A stretch of DNA of 64,000 bases. Origin: Lingula anatina (Eukaryota; Animalia; Brachiopoda). The position numbers and the translations under genes are program-made. A model generated the notes under the pieces. The model was not told the origin of the DNA. It saw only the letters and a program-made list of their open reading frames with translations, and did not search any database. The stretch is from positions 21,638,001 to 21,702,000 of the forward strand of contig CM120646.1 of NCBI GenBank assembly GCA_051362555.1, given 5' to 3'. Of this stretch, positions 12,601 through 25,298 are shown piece after piece; the first letter of the stretch is position 1; the number at the start of each line of letters is the position of its first letter.

Positions 12601-13810
12601 TACGTGACGTCATCACTAACGATTCCAATTTGCTTCCAGGGACTATGCAAGGTTTTATCGTTTTTTTTATTATATTCCTACCAGTTAAAGCTTTTAAGTT
12701 GGTAATGAATAACGTGAAACTTGATTGGTTCTGGCTATTTAAAAAAACAATGCCTACATGTTTTCCTTTTATCTGCATAACGGATAATTAAAATTGATCT
12801 TTGACTTTACTTTGATTTCAAAACATTACATCTTTGTTAACCAAGTATTATTCAATAACTCAAAACAGCTTTATTTGTCCTAGCTTATAAACATTAAAAA
12901 AATTACTTATTTTGTGACCATTACATTTGAAGGTGTGGGCAATGAGGAACGTTTAGCCGGCATCCGGTACGCGGCGGATTACGCCATACAGGCAGCTACC
13001 GCTATCCGATACTTACATGATGTTGGACTTGCCCATCGAGATATCAAAGCTGAAAACTTTTTGGTACGATTCATAACATGTGTTTTTTTTTAAGATTGAA
13101 GTCGTACATACTAACTATTTACATGTTTATTGATTATTGTACACATGTTGCTCTGTTGAGTTTATGTTAGTTTGACTAGTGCATGCTTCTTCATGAATAT
13201 GATGAAAATACAACAACAACAACAAAAATACAGAATTTAAAAACAGGTATAAAAGTTACAATGTTCTTTTGTTCATCTAAAGAAGTTTAAATAATTGTGT
13301 GTGTTCGATTTAAAACAATAATTATTACTATTCGCTAAAAAAACTTATTGTTTACAGATCACGGAGACTAACAACAGGAAAGTTGTAAAAATCTGCGACG
13401 TTGGTGAAGCAAAGAGAGAGACCGTCTTGCGTACAGGAAAGACAGGTACTGTCCTCTACTGGGCACCAGAATTGTGGTCTGGTGGCAGTGGCTGCGTGAG
13501 ATATGACAAGAGTTGTGACATCTACAGCTTCGGACTCTTGCTCTGGGAGCTCTGGTATGGCAGGCGAGTGTATTACACAGGCGGCGGTGATACCTTTAAC
13601 GAGGAAAGATTTAGGGTTGCCGTGGTTGAACGGGGCTGGAGACCCGATTGCAACGGGCATCTGAGGCCTGTAGCCAAGTGGCTTTCTCTCATGCGGAGAT
13701 GCTGGGATGCCAAAAGTGACAACCGTCCCAGAGCGGAAGATATCGTGAAAGATGTCGCTGCAGTAAATAATTTGGCCCTTCATGACATAGAGATGGAATA
13801 TACTCAGTAG
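6681..13810 (+). CDS. Membrane-anchor + dynamin-like GTPase + helical region + protein kinase (DSTYK-like architecture), copy 2, about 1036 aa
   Basis: Exons 6681-6836, 7568-7799, 8047-8339, 8625-8687, 9169-9327, 9996-10205, 10463-10575, 11021-12154, 12485-12651, 12933-13063, 13358-13810 total 3111 nt in one open frame. N-terminus LSLVVAFLAVPLVLFWSLYLLY is hydrophobic. GTPase motifs ILVAGELSAGKSS, DSPG, NKWD; kinase motifs HRDIKAEN, DVG, WAPE. The donor at 7800 is GA rather than GT. An alternative in-frame ATG lies at 6663. Confidence 0.85.
9618..9831. mobile_element. MITE family 1, intronic copy
   Basis: aggcgcattcccatagattttagatc ... gatctaatctctgggaatggggtc flanked by TAA on both sides; interior aligns with 41072-41296. 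Confidence 0.8.
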
Positions 13811-16401
13811 TGTATACAGTTAAGATGAAGACGTCTAGATTAAGAGTATCCTTTCAAGTCCTTTAAAGATTATTGCACGCAGATTATGCTGAAAAACTGT
13901 CATTTACTTTCATGTGATGGAAACACTTCTTCGTCAATAACTGGTGAACAATTACACGCACTCGTATCATCTTTTCTGATGCAAATACATTGCATGAATA
14001 TCATTACATATTAACTGTGGATAACATACCATCAGAGCAAAAAAAAAAATCACTGTTGAGCACTTTTTAAATTTCTTCGCGTGCTTTCAAGCTCGAAGTG
14101 CTTCAAAGTTTTAAAGGGGTTAAATGTTGAACATTAAAGGGTAATTCTCAGCTTAGCTGACATACGAGTACATATACATATGCACATGTACATGCATGCA
14201 TGCATTATATACGCCAGCTGCACAGCAATTGCTATGTGGCTCTGCATATTTCAAGGCGCACTTGAAAAAACTTCGCGGCAAGATTGTTCAAATGTATTTT
14301 AAAGAAAATTCAAATTTACCATTGTTAATGGATCGGAATGATTTATGACATGCATACAATATCTTAGAACAATGGATCTTAGTTATGAACTATAGGTGGC
14401 TCATCTGATTCCTAGCTAACGTCAATTCACATGTATTTATTTAGTATGCTTAATTTTTTTTTAAATATAATAATAATAATTTATTTGCTAAAATCGCAAC
14501 CTAAAGGTTGAAGTTTTACAATGTGTCTTAAATAATAAAATCATAAGGTATTTTAAAATTAACTAAAAATTATAAACTATAACAAAGCTTATAAGACTTA
14601 TAAGACAGTTTGAAGCAGTAATTAACATAAAATTTAAAAGACTGTGCATTATAAAAGATGATTTAATTACGCATTTTGCTCTGAATTACACGTATTTATG
14701 ATACAATATTTTCTCAGAAATGTTAAAATCTGCTACAGTAGTACGAAATAATCTATGAGAGTGCCGTATATACTGACATACAGGTGTAACTACATGTAAA
14801 ACTTAGTCAAACGGTTGGCGCTGGGCGCTGTGAACAACAAAATTATAAAGATCAAAAACGAATCAAAATAAAAAAACATTTTGATAAAGCTGTCTTTTTA
14901 TTATTATTATTATGCCATTTAGTGTGGTCTGCGGGTAACGTTAATACAAGGAGAACGATTTGCTTATCGTCGTCTAGCTATTCATGTGAATCATGCCGTG
15001 GTAAAAGAGTTCAACATTTTCATTATTTGCTAATCTGGAGCCCACCTAGAAGAAATATAGCATAAAGACTGGGAATGACCAATTTGACTTTAAGAAGGAT
15101 GAGGTAATATTCCTAGGTACTGGTCGAATAAGGGATTTTGGCATGTGGCACCCTTCAGTTGAGGGTGTACGCCTTTTCAGTGACATTTTAAAGGGAAAAC
15201 TTGGAAGCGGTTTTGGATAGATTGATTTTATTTGCTGATTACTGTTAAAACCTTTTACCATTAAATTTACAGTGTCAGCAATGACTTACAATGTTTAAAA
15301 TATAATAAGCCACCACAACTAATAGTATATAGGAAATTGTCTGCCAATACTATGTTACACATTATGCCCCATGCGGTCATAAATACCACATTTATTAAAG
15401 GTAACAGACTTGCAATACACAGTTTTGCACTTCTTATAATTCCTGGGCAATATGTGGGGAAAAATCTTACATTTTATTTGATACCTCAGGTAATCATCAC
15501 ATTACTTGAACGGCGCTGTAGGATTATAATTTTATCAGGAATTATAATTATAAACTACAAATGAAATGTGTAGGGCCCAGGTAACAATTGGCTGGAACGT
15601 GTTTGTCGGAATTGCCCCTGAAATCTTAAATCTATGAAAATTCTATCTAACCATATTACAAATAACCTAAACAAAACTGGATAATAATATGCAATGTTAA
15701 ATACACGTTTTCGTCTTGTTTTCTTCAAGGAAAACTGGGTATGCGTGCTGTGAACAGAACGGGCGTCTATCGCCCTGCAAAGGAGGAGAGAGCTGATGGA
15801 ACGTCTACGTATGAAAAACAGACTAGACAATAGTTTATTCCACCTACAATATTTTATGAATAAAATTATAATAAAAAGATATTATATGAAAAAAAGCAAC
15901 CCAGCAACCCCTGTAGCATCATCAAAATGGCATCTCACTAAAATAGCTTAGATATAATAAGATATAAATTGATCATCTTAATTACATTCTAATTAATTCC
16001 GTGTGAAAGACACACGTGTTCAACTGAACAAATGAAATAATAAATATATTTCTAAAAATATACATAAGGGTCCGGGTACTAATGTGGATATGTCACTCAA
16101 ACTGCCAAAGTCCAAATTTGAACGTCCAAAAGAGCACTGGGACATATTTTTAAAGCAAGTACAAAGAGGTGCCGTTGTCTGGTTTTGGTGAGCATGCTGT
16201 TCAAGAGAACCACGGAAGTCGCAGCTCTGTGTAAGGGGGGCTACTTAAGGTCGATTTTTGCACAATTTCTTTTCATCCAAAACAGACATGTAATTATTTC
16301 TAGCCTTTTTAGCTCTAGTTCGTACATTAACCTTCTGTACTTACAAACTAAAACCATTCGTGATAAGCCCTAGAAACAAATTGCAAATCACATCTGCTTG
16401 A

Positions 16402-18097
16402 CTATCTCGCTTCGTACTTTGCGCCTGGTACCGTGGCTGGTTTAACTTTATTAGAAGAATTTTGGCTAGTAAGTATATTAAACACTGTCATGCAACCCTT
16501 AGAATTGCAACACATAGCAATAAGTGCAGCGCATAACGCAAGCGTCCACGTAGTCAAAATTATACCCCCAACTACCATGATCATTATGTAACTGTTCTTT
16601 GGGTGTCTTAAGGGGAGAATCATTTTTAACAACTCAAAGCCTAAGGTGATTATACTCATGAAAAAAGTATTGTATGCTAATCTTTTTGAAAAAACAGTAG
16701 GCAAAGTATCGCCGAGGATACACAAACAACAAGACCCACAAATTGATAAAATAATGTCTCCTATTATGGAGCCATACGCCACATATATCATTAGCATGAT
16801 TGAAGCCCCAAACACCCACGGGAAATCACCCTGGGGTAAAAGGTGGAAATACAAAAGGATTAAATTTGTCATTTGAACATGAATCCCTGCGAAAATGCCC
16901 GTAAAAACGTACCATGCCAGACAGCCTTTTCCGGGTGCATCATCAAATGATCTTGCACACCACATGAAATAACAGAAAGATGTACTTAAAAAATACGGGC
17001 TTGCTACAGAGATCATGTCTACAAATGCGGACACCGACGACAGTCCGAGGGTTAACCACAATTCTGCAGCCGTTCTTTCTTGCTGATTGTCTGAAAAGAT
17101 CCTCAACGGACTTTCAAGTCGTAACGGCTCCATGTCCGAACAAGTTGATATTTTGGAGCACAACCAGCAGCTGAATAAAAAAATCTGACTCTTAATTGTG
17201 TTGAGGGAAAATAATGGAATGAGACGTTGTAAGAGAGAAAGCTTTAGCACCACCTGTATGATGTATGATTAACATGCATGTGCAGTGTAAGTGCCATCAC
17301 CTGCGTGAGTGAAAGCTTACAAGCTCAAGATCTTTAAAGAACAATTTCAATCAAGTTAAAATAAAAAAGAATAAGTAAGCTTTGCAAAAACAAAATCAAT
17401 TTTAACGGCAGCATGTACTTAAGTTTCTCTCGGTTGTTTGTTGTTATCAATGCACATGTGCTTTAGACCAAAAAGTAATTTGGACTTACTCAATACCGTC
17501 TGTTCCGCCTTTCAACCACTGCATTTCTATGGCCATTGTGTTCATGGGAATGTCGTAGGACAGTGCAAGGTAGACCTGGAATTTGCCTATTGCTTTCCAC
17601 ACACCACCTTGATTCTCTTCACCCTTCCATTTTTGGTATATTATGCACCAAGTCGTTATATAAAAGACTATGATAAACCCTGCCACTCCGACGTAAACCT
17701 GGAATGTCGTGAACAGGGTCTTGAAAAGGTCAACTCTCTCGGATATATCGAAATCAGTGTCAAAATTGCAGAATGTCTCATTATCAATCGTGTTCCAGTC
17801 TGTGGTCCAGTTTGTGGTCAGAGTCGCGTTCGTTCTCAAAGTGATCTCATAGTTTCTGTTCCAAGTCGCGTTCGTTTCCAAAGTGTTGTCCCAGTTTGAA
17901 CTCAACGTCTTGTTCCACTCTATGTTCCGAGTCCTGTTCCAGTCAATAGTTCCATTATTTGTATCGTTTGCCAACATATATGTATCTATGGCCTTTAACT
18001 CATCCAAAGTGTCAACCATGAGTAGAATATTGAATCCCAAATCACAGAACTTCACGATCAAGACGACAACGAACACGGTCAGCCGCCATGGTCCCAT
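16402..18097 (-). CDS. Uncharacterised Cys-rich multi-pass membrane protein, paralog A (5' end uncertain)
   Basis: Exons 18097-17490 and 17170-16402 with a phase-2 GT-AG intron (GA|C gives Asp in GIDCWLCSK); 458 aa from the first in-frame ATG. Homology to the other paralogs extends upstream to about 18168 without an in-frame ATG. Confidence 0.8.
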
Positions 18098-19723
18098 GAG
18101 AGACTGGGTAACGCATCCGAAGCAACAACAAGCAGCCGGAGCAACTACAGATAAAATCGCAACTACATTGTAGGGCTTCTTATCTGATGCACGTTTGCAC
18201 GTTGTAATTGTTCCTTTCGCCCCCGTTATTGTTCTCTCGGAAAGGAAAGGATGTTGTCTTTGTCTTCAATATGTTTGAGCTTAGGCAGTCCCTTAGTCCC
18301 AGGTGCACAGCTTTTAGCCTCTGTTGCAGATGATTTTATTTAAACTAAATTAATTGATATACTGATTTTTTTCTTAATGCAATTATAAGTAAGCAACATT
18401 TAGAATATATATGTAACAATTATTACACTTGATACATCGTAGTGAAATCCATCTTGTCGCCTTGACAAATGTGTGTATATTTGTTTGTGGACCTTTAACA
18501 GTGCTGGAGAGGGTACACATTTGCACCCATCTTAGTGTCATGAAGAGTTTTCCTAATCTCTGTAGTGGCGATGCTCTTCATAGTAATTTTTTTAATATCA
18601 TTCAACTAGAAAAAAGACATTTTCATACATTGTAAGGAAGAACTACTATCGATAATGGCATATGGCAGTAAAATGTTATAATCCCTTTAATCAAAACAAA
18701 AATAAATTACAATGACTAGATAATACGAACATTTATTAAATAACAGTTTATGGTGTAACCACCATCATAAAGTACTACCTCAGTCTATGTACAGAATAAA
18801 TGGATAAATTGATTATATTCTATGTATTCTTTTTTTTTTATTTCTCACTAAACCAGTCCTACAAGTAAATCAAAATATAAAAAGCCTTTTGCCGAAATAG
18901 CATTGAAACGTAAGTTTTTCTGCTTCTTCCTGTTCTTTTTATTACTCACGCCATTTCCATACAATAAGCTTACATCCAAGCAAATCAAAACGGTCATACT
19001 ATCATTTATTCTCTTCAAATTGAGCGTTGGTTTGTGTTTACACTTGTTTATTTAAGTGAATATGCTGTTAATTGTATTTTCTGCTAAACCCGCTTTATAT
19101 ATTCCCGTTTAACTGACGAAGTACAGTAAGTAGATGCTTCGATTTTTGAAGTAATAAGAAGCGGTGCAATATTTACCGGACAACAATTAGCGGCTATGAA
19201 TGACATCACGCCTAAATGCACACGCTTCCTGAATAAGACGGTCGCCCCCTGCCAGGTTGAGAGATCGGGACACGCTCTCCTGCCACGCGACTGGCTAAAT
19301 ATCCATTGTTAAACGATCCTCCTACTTCCATTGTTCAAAAAGTGGGCGGTAGGCTTGGTCATGGTGAAGAGTAACCGTGTTCGTAGACACGATCACGGTA
19401 GTGAGAACAGATTAAAAAGCCTAGCTGTACAGCTACCACCTCCTCTGACATTTTAGCTTCTTTGGGCTCAACAAAATCGAAACCTCAGCTCAGAAATACG
19501 CAACACTATCGAGTAGAACCTCAAGACAGAAGCAGCTTCGTGTAGATGTCTCCTGCAACGTCACTGGTATTTGAAAATGAGTGTCGCGCAATCGCTGCTG
19601 TTTTTTATCAGGAGAAACGAGAGCATGTGTAAACAAGACGTTCATCCTATCTACGTACGTTTAATTTTATTGATTATAATGCTGTTTGAACAAGTGCACT
19701 GACCTTTAACTCAACAGTGATAT

Positions 19724-19823
19724 CTCAGCAAACACTGAACGTCTTTATAACTTTAACATAATGCTAATATAACCCAAAGAAGAAAAGGTGGTAACGCTAT
19801 AATAACGTTCTGTGTTTGCTGGG
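19724..19823. mobile_element. Short MITE, termini related to 2933-3040
   Basis: ctcagcaaacactgaacg ... cgttctgtgtttgctggg inverted termini. Confidence 0.6.
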
Positions 19824-20350
19824 GTAGGGTATGCAATATCAACTATAGACAGCCATCCTTAATCAAATTCATAAAGAGAAGACTACAAAATCTAGGTGTA
19901 AATTGCCGGGGTTTTTTCGCAAATATTTTATCTTCACTGGCTTTTGATTTCCTATGCAAGAAGCGAAAATTCTAATCTTGACGTCTGCCTGTTAATCTGT
20001 GTTATAGATCCCTGGTAAGCATAGTAATTGTAACATGTAAATTGATGCCTGTGAATAACAATGTGCTGAATTTGGTCCCTAAATTGAACTTGAAAGTCAT
20101 TTATCTCAAATAAATAGTTTTAACTTTTAAAATTATGGGTAATCTGAAGCAGAAAGAAATCTGAAGGCCTTCTTGGACTGAAAGTACTAAAAAGTACCAT
20201 TTTCCCCTTTGGCCAGCTTCTAACTAACAAGTCTCCATATATTGAAGTAAAGCAAAAATAAATAGCAAAAAGGAACAAAAATATGTACAGTTTTTGAGGA
20301 AAGAAACAAGAAAAAAGCATGAAATTAATCAATCAATATTAAGTAATTAA

Positions 20351-20682
20351 AGGGATAATAGCTATTGGTAGGAGATTCAAAATTCCCCAATAAATACATT
20401 GTAAACAACATATGAAAATGTAACAAGTTGCATTATACCTCCAAAATGGCGGTGACGTCTAATATCCGTTTATTGCGAGATAGCTAGTGGACCGTCATTG
20501 ATCACAACACCCTCCACCCAAAATACCATCTTTAAATATAATCACAAAAAACCAAACTTAAAAAAACGTGGACTAACTACGTATGTCAGAACGGATTTAT
20601 TAACCATTGGTCAGTATGGGAAATTTGCCACTTATCCAGTAAAAATCCATTCTTCCCGCCAAAATGAACGGATGTTATCCCT
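20351..20682. mobile_element. Probable TTAA-flanked MITE (Kolobok-like termini)
   Basis: TTAA|agggataata ... tgttatccct|TTAA, plus a subterminal inverted match (ttggtaggaga / tcttcccgccaa). The TIR is short. Confidence 0.45.
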
Positions 20683-21156
20683 TTAATCAATAAACTTTCT
20701 TCTTTCTCCATCCGCAACACTGTACACTACCAGAGAAGGCACGGTGACGGTGCTGAGTTTTGTATAATAATACATGTAGACCGTGACTTCATTTGTGAAT
20801 ATGGCAGCTTATAAATCTTAGAAATCATATAACTTAATTTAGACTATTTGCCATTTTAATGTCATTTAAAAAACAAAGTAAAATATTTTCGTTTAGTTTA
20901 GGCGTTTATTCAAACAATGCTGTTAAAACAATTTTCCATTAAAATTACAGTGTCTGTAAAATTTAAACTAGACTACCAAAAGCACCAAATATTAGATTGT
21001 TTTAGAAATGTTTGTACAAATACGACTTGCATTTGACACATAAACACTCGTTTATAAATAAACATATTGCCCATGAAGTTATGAATACCACATTTACCTA
21101 CGTTATTGGGATTACAATACACACGTATGCATTTCGTATAATTTTTGGGGAATTCT

Positions 21157-21187
<31 letters not shown>

Positions 21188-21692
21188 CGTGTTTTTTTTT
21201 CTTGTGTGTGTGTGTGTGTGGGGGGGGGGGAGGTGATTAGTTGCATTGATTGCTGGCTGCCGAAACCATTCATCGTTCATATTACAACAATGTGACCTTT
21301 CACTGTCATAATAAGCTGTTAAGTGTTAAGGGAAAAATGCTCCTCATACCAGTTCATCATTATCTTAGAATCTGTCAAACACACGAAAAAAGCAACTAAA
21401 CATATTTTATCTAAATCCTAATTAATAAGCAAAAATAGCTGTTACGTTTATTGATTATTTGTAACTGATGGGAACCGACTTCTCAGTGTGTAGGCATATA
21501 CTGTGTGTTTTCCTTACACCAACACAAATGTATATACATTTAAGTCAGTTCTTTCTTTTATCTATATAACATAAAAATCCATCATGATGACCTTGCGGAG
21601 AGCATCATTCTCCATGTAATCTTGCTTCATTGCTTGTGCTTTTTCACATTCAGTTCTTCCGTTTATCTATAAACTATAAAAATCTATCGTGA

Positions 21693-24472
21693 TCAGCTTG
21701 CGGATATCACCATTCTACCTCTCCCTTCATTACTTGTGTCTGGCCACATCGTTTCCTCCCTAATGTTCGACCCTACCGGTGCGTTAACAGTATACGGCAA
21801 CACCGGTGTGTTAACAGTATATGGCAACATCGGTGTGTTAACAGTATATGGCAACATCGGTGTGTTAACAGTATATGGCAACATCGGTGCGTCTGACCCC
21901 ATTGGTCCGTCAAATGTGTCTGAGTACATCGATTCGTGAACAGTTTCTGATCTAAATGGCCTGTTAACAGCGTGACACCATAGCTGTCCGTTAACAGTTT
22001 CTGACCCCATCGGTCCGTTAGCAGTTTCTGACCACATCGGTCTGTTTACAGTTTCTGACCACATCGGTCTGTTAACAGTTTCTGACCACATCGGTCTGTT
22101 AACAGTTTCTGACCACATCGGTCTGTTAACAGTTTCTGGTCCCACTGGTGCGTTAACAGTGTTGGACAACATCGGTGCGTTTCTTGTGTTTGACATTCTC
22201 GCTTCATCACATGTGTATGCCGCTGTCGATGGGTGTACTTTATTTGAAGACTCAACTTTAACTATAGGTCCTACCGATGTTATGTACTCCTTTAAATCGC
22301 AACATACAAAAATAAGTAATGAGCATATTATAGCCATCCAAAATAATATAAAGCCACCTCCAAGTGCAACGACCATTATGTAGCTCTCTTTAGGGTTTGT
22401 TAATGGGAGTATAGTTTTTACTAGGTTCATGGCGAAGAAAACCAAATTCCAGATAAATAATGGATATGCTATTCTACTTGTCATACCGGTAGATCCCTCA
22501 CCACAGTAGCAACACCAACAACAACAACCGCAGAATGTAAGAAAACAATCCATATATGCGGAACCTAATGCTACCGTCATCAGTACTGAAATGCTCCATT
22601 GAAACGCCAAAGGATAATCGCCTTGGGGTAATAGGTGAAATGCCATAAGAGTAAGATTTGTCATTTGAATATGAACCCCTGCGAAAATTCCCCAAAAAGC
22701 GTAACATGCCAAGCAATATTTCCCGGGTTCATCGCCGTCTTTTGCGCAGCATAAGAAATAGTAGAAATATACACTTACAAAGTACGGGTTTGTTACAGAG
22801 ATCATGTCTACAAACGTGGATAGAGACGAAAATCCGAGAGTTAACCAAAATTCGGCCGCTGCTCTCTCGTTTTGGTCATCTGAGAAGATCTTCAACGGAC
22901 TTACAAGGCTTAGAGGCTCCACGTCCGAGCAATTTGAATCCTTGGAACACATCCAACAGCTGAAATAGAAAACTGGCATCTTAACTGTAAGCCATCAACT
23001 GAAATGATGAAAATATCCCCTTTATCTTTGGAAATGCTACAGTGTAAGAAAAACCTTATTTGATTAATATGGAATTGACGGGTTTGGAAGTAGCCTTTAA
23101 CAAATGAAAAATACGTGTGCAGTGCGAGTGCGGCAAGTGTGTTGTAAGTCTGCCTGTAAAGGGTTCTCCTATCAGCGTATATTTATCTCCTGACAAAATC
23201 ATCATTTTTACAATGTTTAGCACCCAAACCCAATATAGAGGTGTAAATAATGCCTAAGGTACATTTTTAGAAATACATAATGAACGGATTAAAAACAATG
23301 TTTGATAATTTAAGGATCCCACGTGAAGGAGTTCATATCAAAGTTTCACTCTTCACGAACTATGGATAATAAAAATAATAATAATAATTTATAGTCTTAC
23401 TCCAAATAGGAGCATATGTTACTGTCACAAATGCAAAGCTTTAAATACATAGTTTTTACTTATTTTGGACATTTTAGTTTGTTTTTCATCGAATATTATA
23501 AAAAGAAAAGAATTATGCATGTTGACAGTAAAAGAACCATCTAATTGACTTTTTAAATGTGTGGTGCAAACATTATGTCAGAAAACTGCACATGAACATA
23601 TTATACTGCATGTTTTAAAGTTGAAAACGAAAAAACCTGTTACCTATTGGACAAAATAACCCTTTCGGCCATTTTTTGGAGAAGAAACGTTACGTTTTAG
23701 TAATGACACAAAGCGCAGTTTAAATATTTATAGAAAAATCCATACGTTAGCTGTAACAGAATCAGCACAGCATATAATTGTATTAATAGGACCAATACCC
23801 TAGCTACTCAGACACTACTGTGGGGTCCACAATTGATTGATTATGAAGGCTGCCCCTTATGTAACTCATGCGACAAGCATCCCCCTTCCCCAGAGCAACC
23901 TCCAGTACTCACTCAATGTCGTTTGATCCGCCATGCAGCCACTGCATCTCTATGGCCATTGTGTTCATGGGGATATCGTAGGCCAATGCCAGGTAGATCT
24001 GGAAATTTCCCAATGTTTTTAATATGGTGTTTTTACTCGCTTCATCATTCAACACACAGTTTACTACACTCCATGAAGATAAGTAAAATATTAAAAGAAA
24101 CCCTGCCACTCCGATGTAAACCTGGAATGCTATGAGCAGTGTCTTGAGAAGGTCCACTTTCTCGGATATATCGAAATCAATGTCAAAAGAACAATATGTC
24201 CTATCATCCGTTGTGTACCAAGTACCGTTCCCGTTAGTGTTCGAGTTCTTTGTTTTATAATTTGCAATGCCTGTCGACATATATCTATCTATTTCTTCTA
24301 CTTCGTTCATAGTTTCAAGCATGAGTAGAATATTAAATATCAAATCAGTTATCTTCACAAGCAAGACCACAATAAACACGGATGCTCTAAATCTTCCCAA
24401 ACAAGTCTCTGTACAGCGCCCAATGAAACAGCAAGCAAGTGGAGTAACTGCAGCTACCACATCCTCCGACAT
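21693..24472 (-). CDS. Uncharacterised multi-pass membrane protein, paralog B (608 aa, repeat-rich C-terminal tail)
   Basis: Exons 24472-23913 and 22959-21693, 1827 nt in frame, GT-AG intron at the family position. Conserved motifs KxxDLxFN, FQIYLALAYDIPMNTMAIEMQW, CWxCSKxxxCSD, HxQMTN, HLLPQG. Confidence 0.9.
21780..22180 (-). repeat. Coding 27-bp (9 aa) tandem repeats in the paralog B tail
   Basis: On the + strand gttaacagtatatggcaacatcggtgt x4 (21783-21890) and gttaacagtttctgaccacatcggtct x~5-6 (21990-22140); they encode PMLPYTVNT and PMWSETVNR. Confidence 0.9.
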
Positions 24473-24539
24473 AATTAGCTGTTAATAAAAAAAGGAAATT
24501 ACAGCTCAGAATTGTGCCAGTTCTTGCAAATCTTATGTA

Positions 24540-24960
24540 ATGAACAGTGACTGAAAGCGCCCCCAGCACCGTTACTGCTTTTTAAAATGAAGTAACAAAA
24601 ACATTGCGACTTTTCTTCTTTACAAACGACAGCGCGCAGCCTACAAACAAAATGTGTTTGTTCTGTCTAGGTTGAATATTTTTCACTGAAAAGCTACGTA
24701 TGCAAAGCCATGATGCCCTTTAACACTAGTGCGGTTATTGAATAAAGAGAATAAACTTTTGAACAAAAATTTATTCATGGTGCATATACATTGACACAAA
24801 ATAGTATACAAAATTGCTGAGGCCGACAAAACCTTTCATCTTTAATTTTGTATTTTGATTCACCCAGCAACATCAGAGTAGCCTAATTTTAATACCAGTC
24901 TAAATCTGTTCATCGTAGTAAATCCCTGTTGAACAGAAAGGTTGCCATGTTTGGAGGATT
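24540..24960. other. Conserved non-coding block upstream of the ATG of paralogs B, C, D and E
   Basis: Aligns with about 31800-32240, 40680-41360 and 46100-46510; ttctttacaaacgacagcgcgcag is identical in B, C and D. Confidence 0.75.
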
Positions 24961-25257
24961 AATTTTAACCATCATGACTGTAAGGAGTTAAAGACAATGC
25001 ACATTATTCTTCTGTAAACAAATTAAAGAGAACTTTAGTTCGGCCAACGGGTTAGCAAGGTGTACATCGCTTAAGTCGATTGAAGCTCAAAGAAGTACAC
25101 TGATACATTTCCAATTAATTTGAGCACCTGCACCTTAATATGCGGATGGGCCAGCAGAAACCATTCAGTATCGCGTGGTTGATGAATAAAGCACATACTG
25201 TTCAGTAGCTCTGTAAATGAGAATTAAGATCCAACAACGCGCTGACGCAGTTGTACA

Positions 25258-25261
25258 AAAA

Positions 25262-25296
<35 letters not shown>

Positions 25297-25298
25297 AT
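25258..25298. repeat. (AAAT)n microsatellite
   Basis: About 10 aaat units; a similar run lies at about 55989-56021. Confidence 0.9.

Larger units (their letters stand above)
1..14990 (+). repeat. Tandem segmental duplication of the GTPase-kinase gene (1-~2860 matches ~11433-14990)
   Basis: Exons, introns and 3' flank align by eye with offsets of about 11.4-11.6 kb (905 vs 12485, 2247 vs 13810). Copy 2 has extra sequence in the intron near 12215-12375 and in the 3' flank. Confidence 0.9.

Noticed and set aside
21780-22180. 27-bp repeats as a CRISPR-like array
   Set aside because: The units are contiguous with no unique spacers, lie in a reading frame, and the DNA is eukaryotic with no cas genes.
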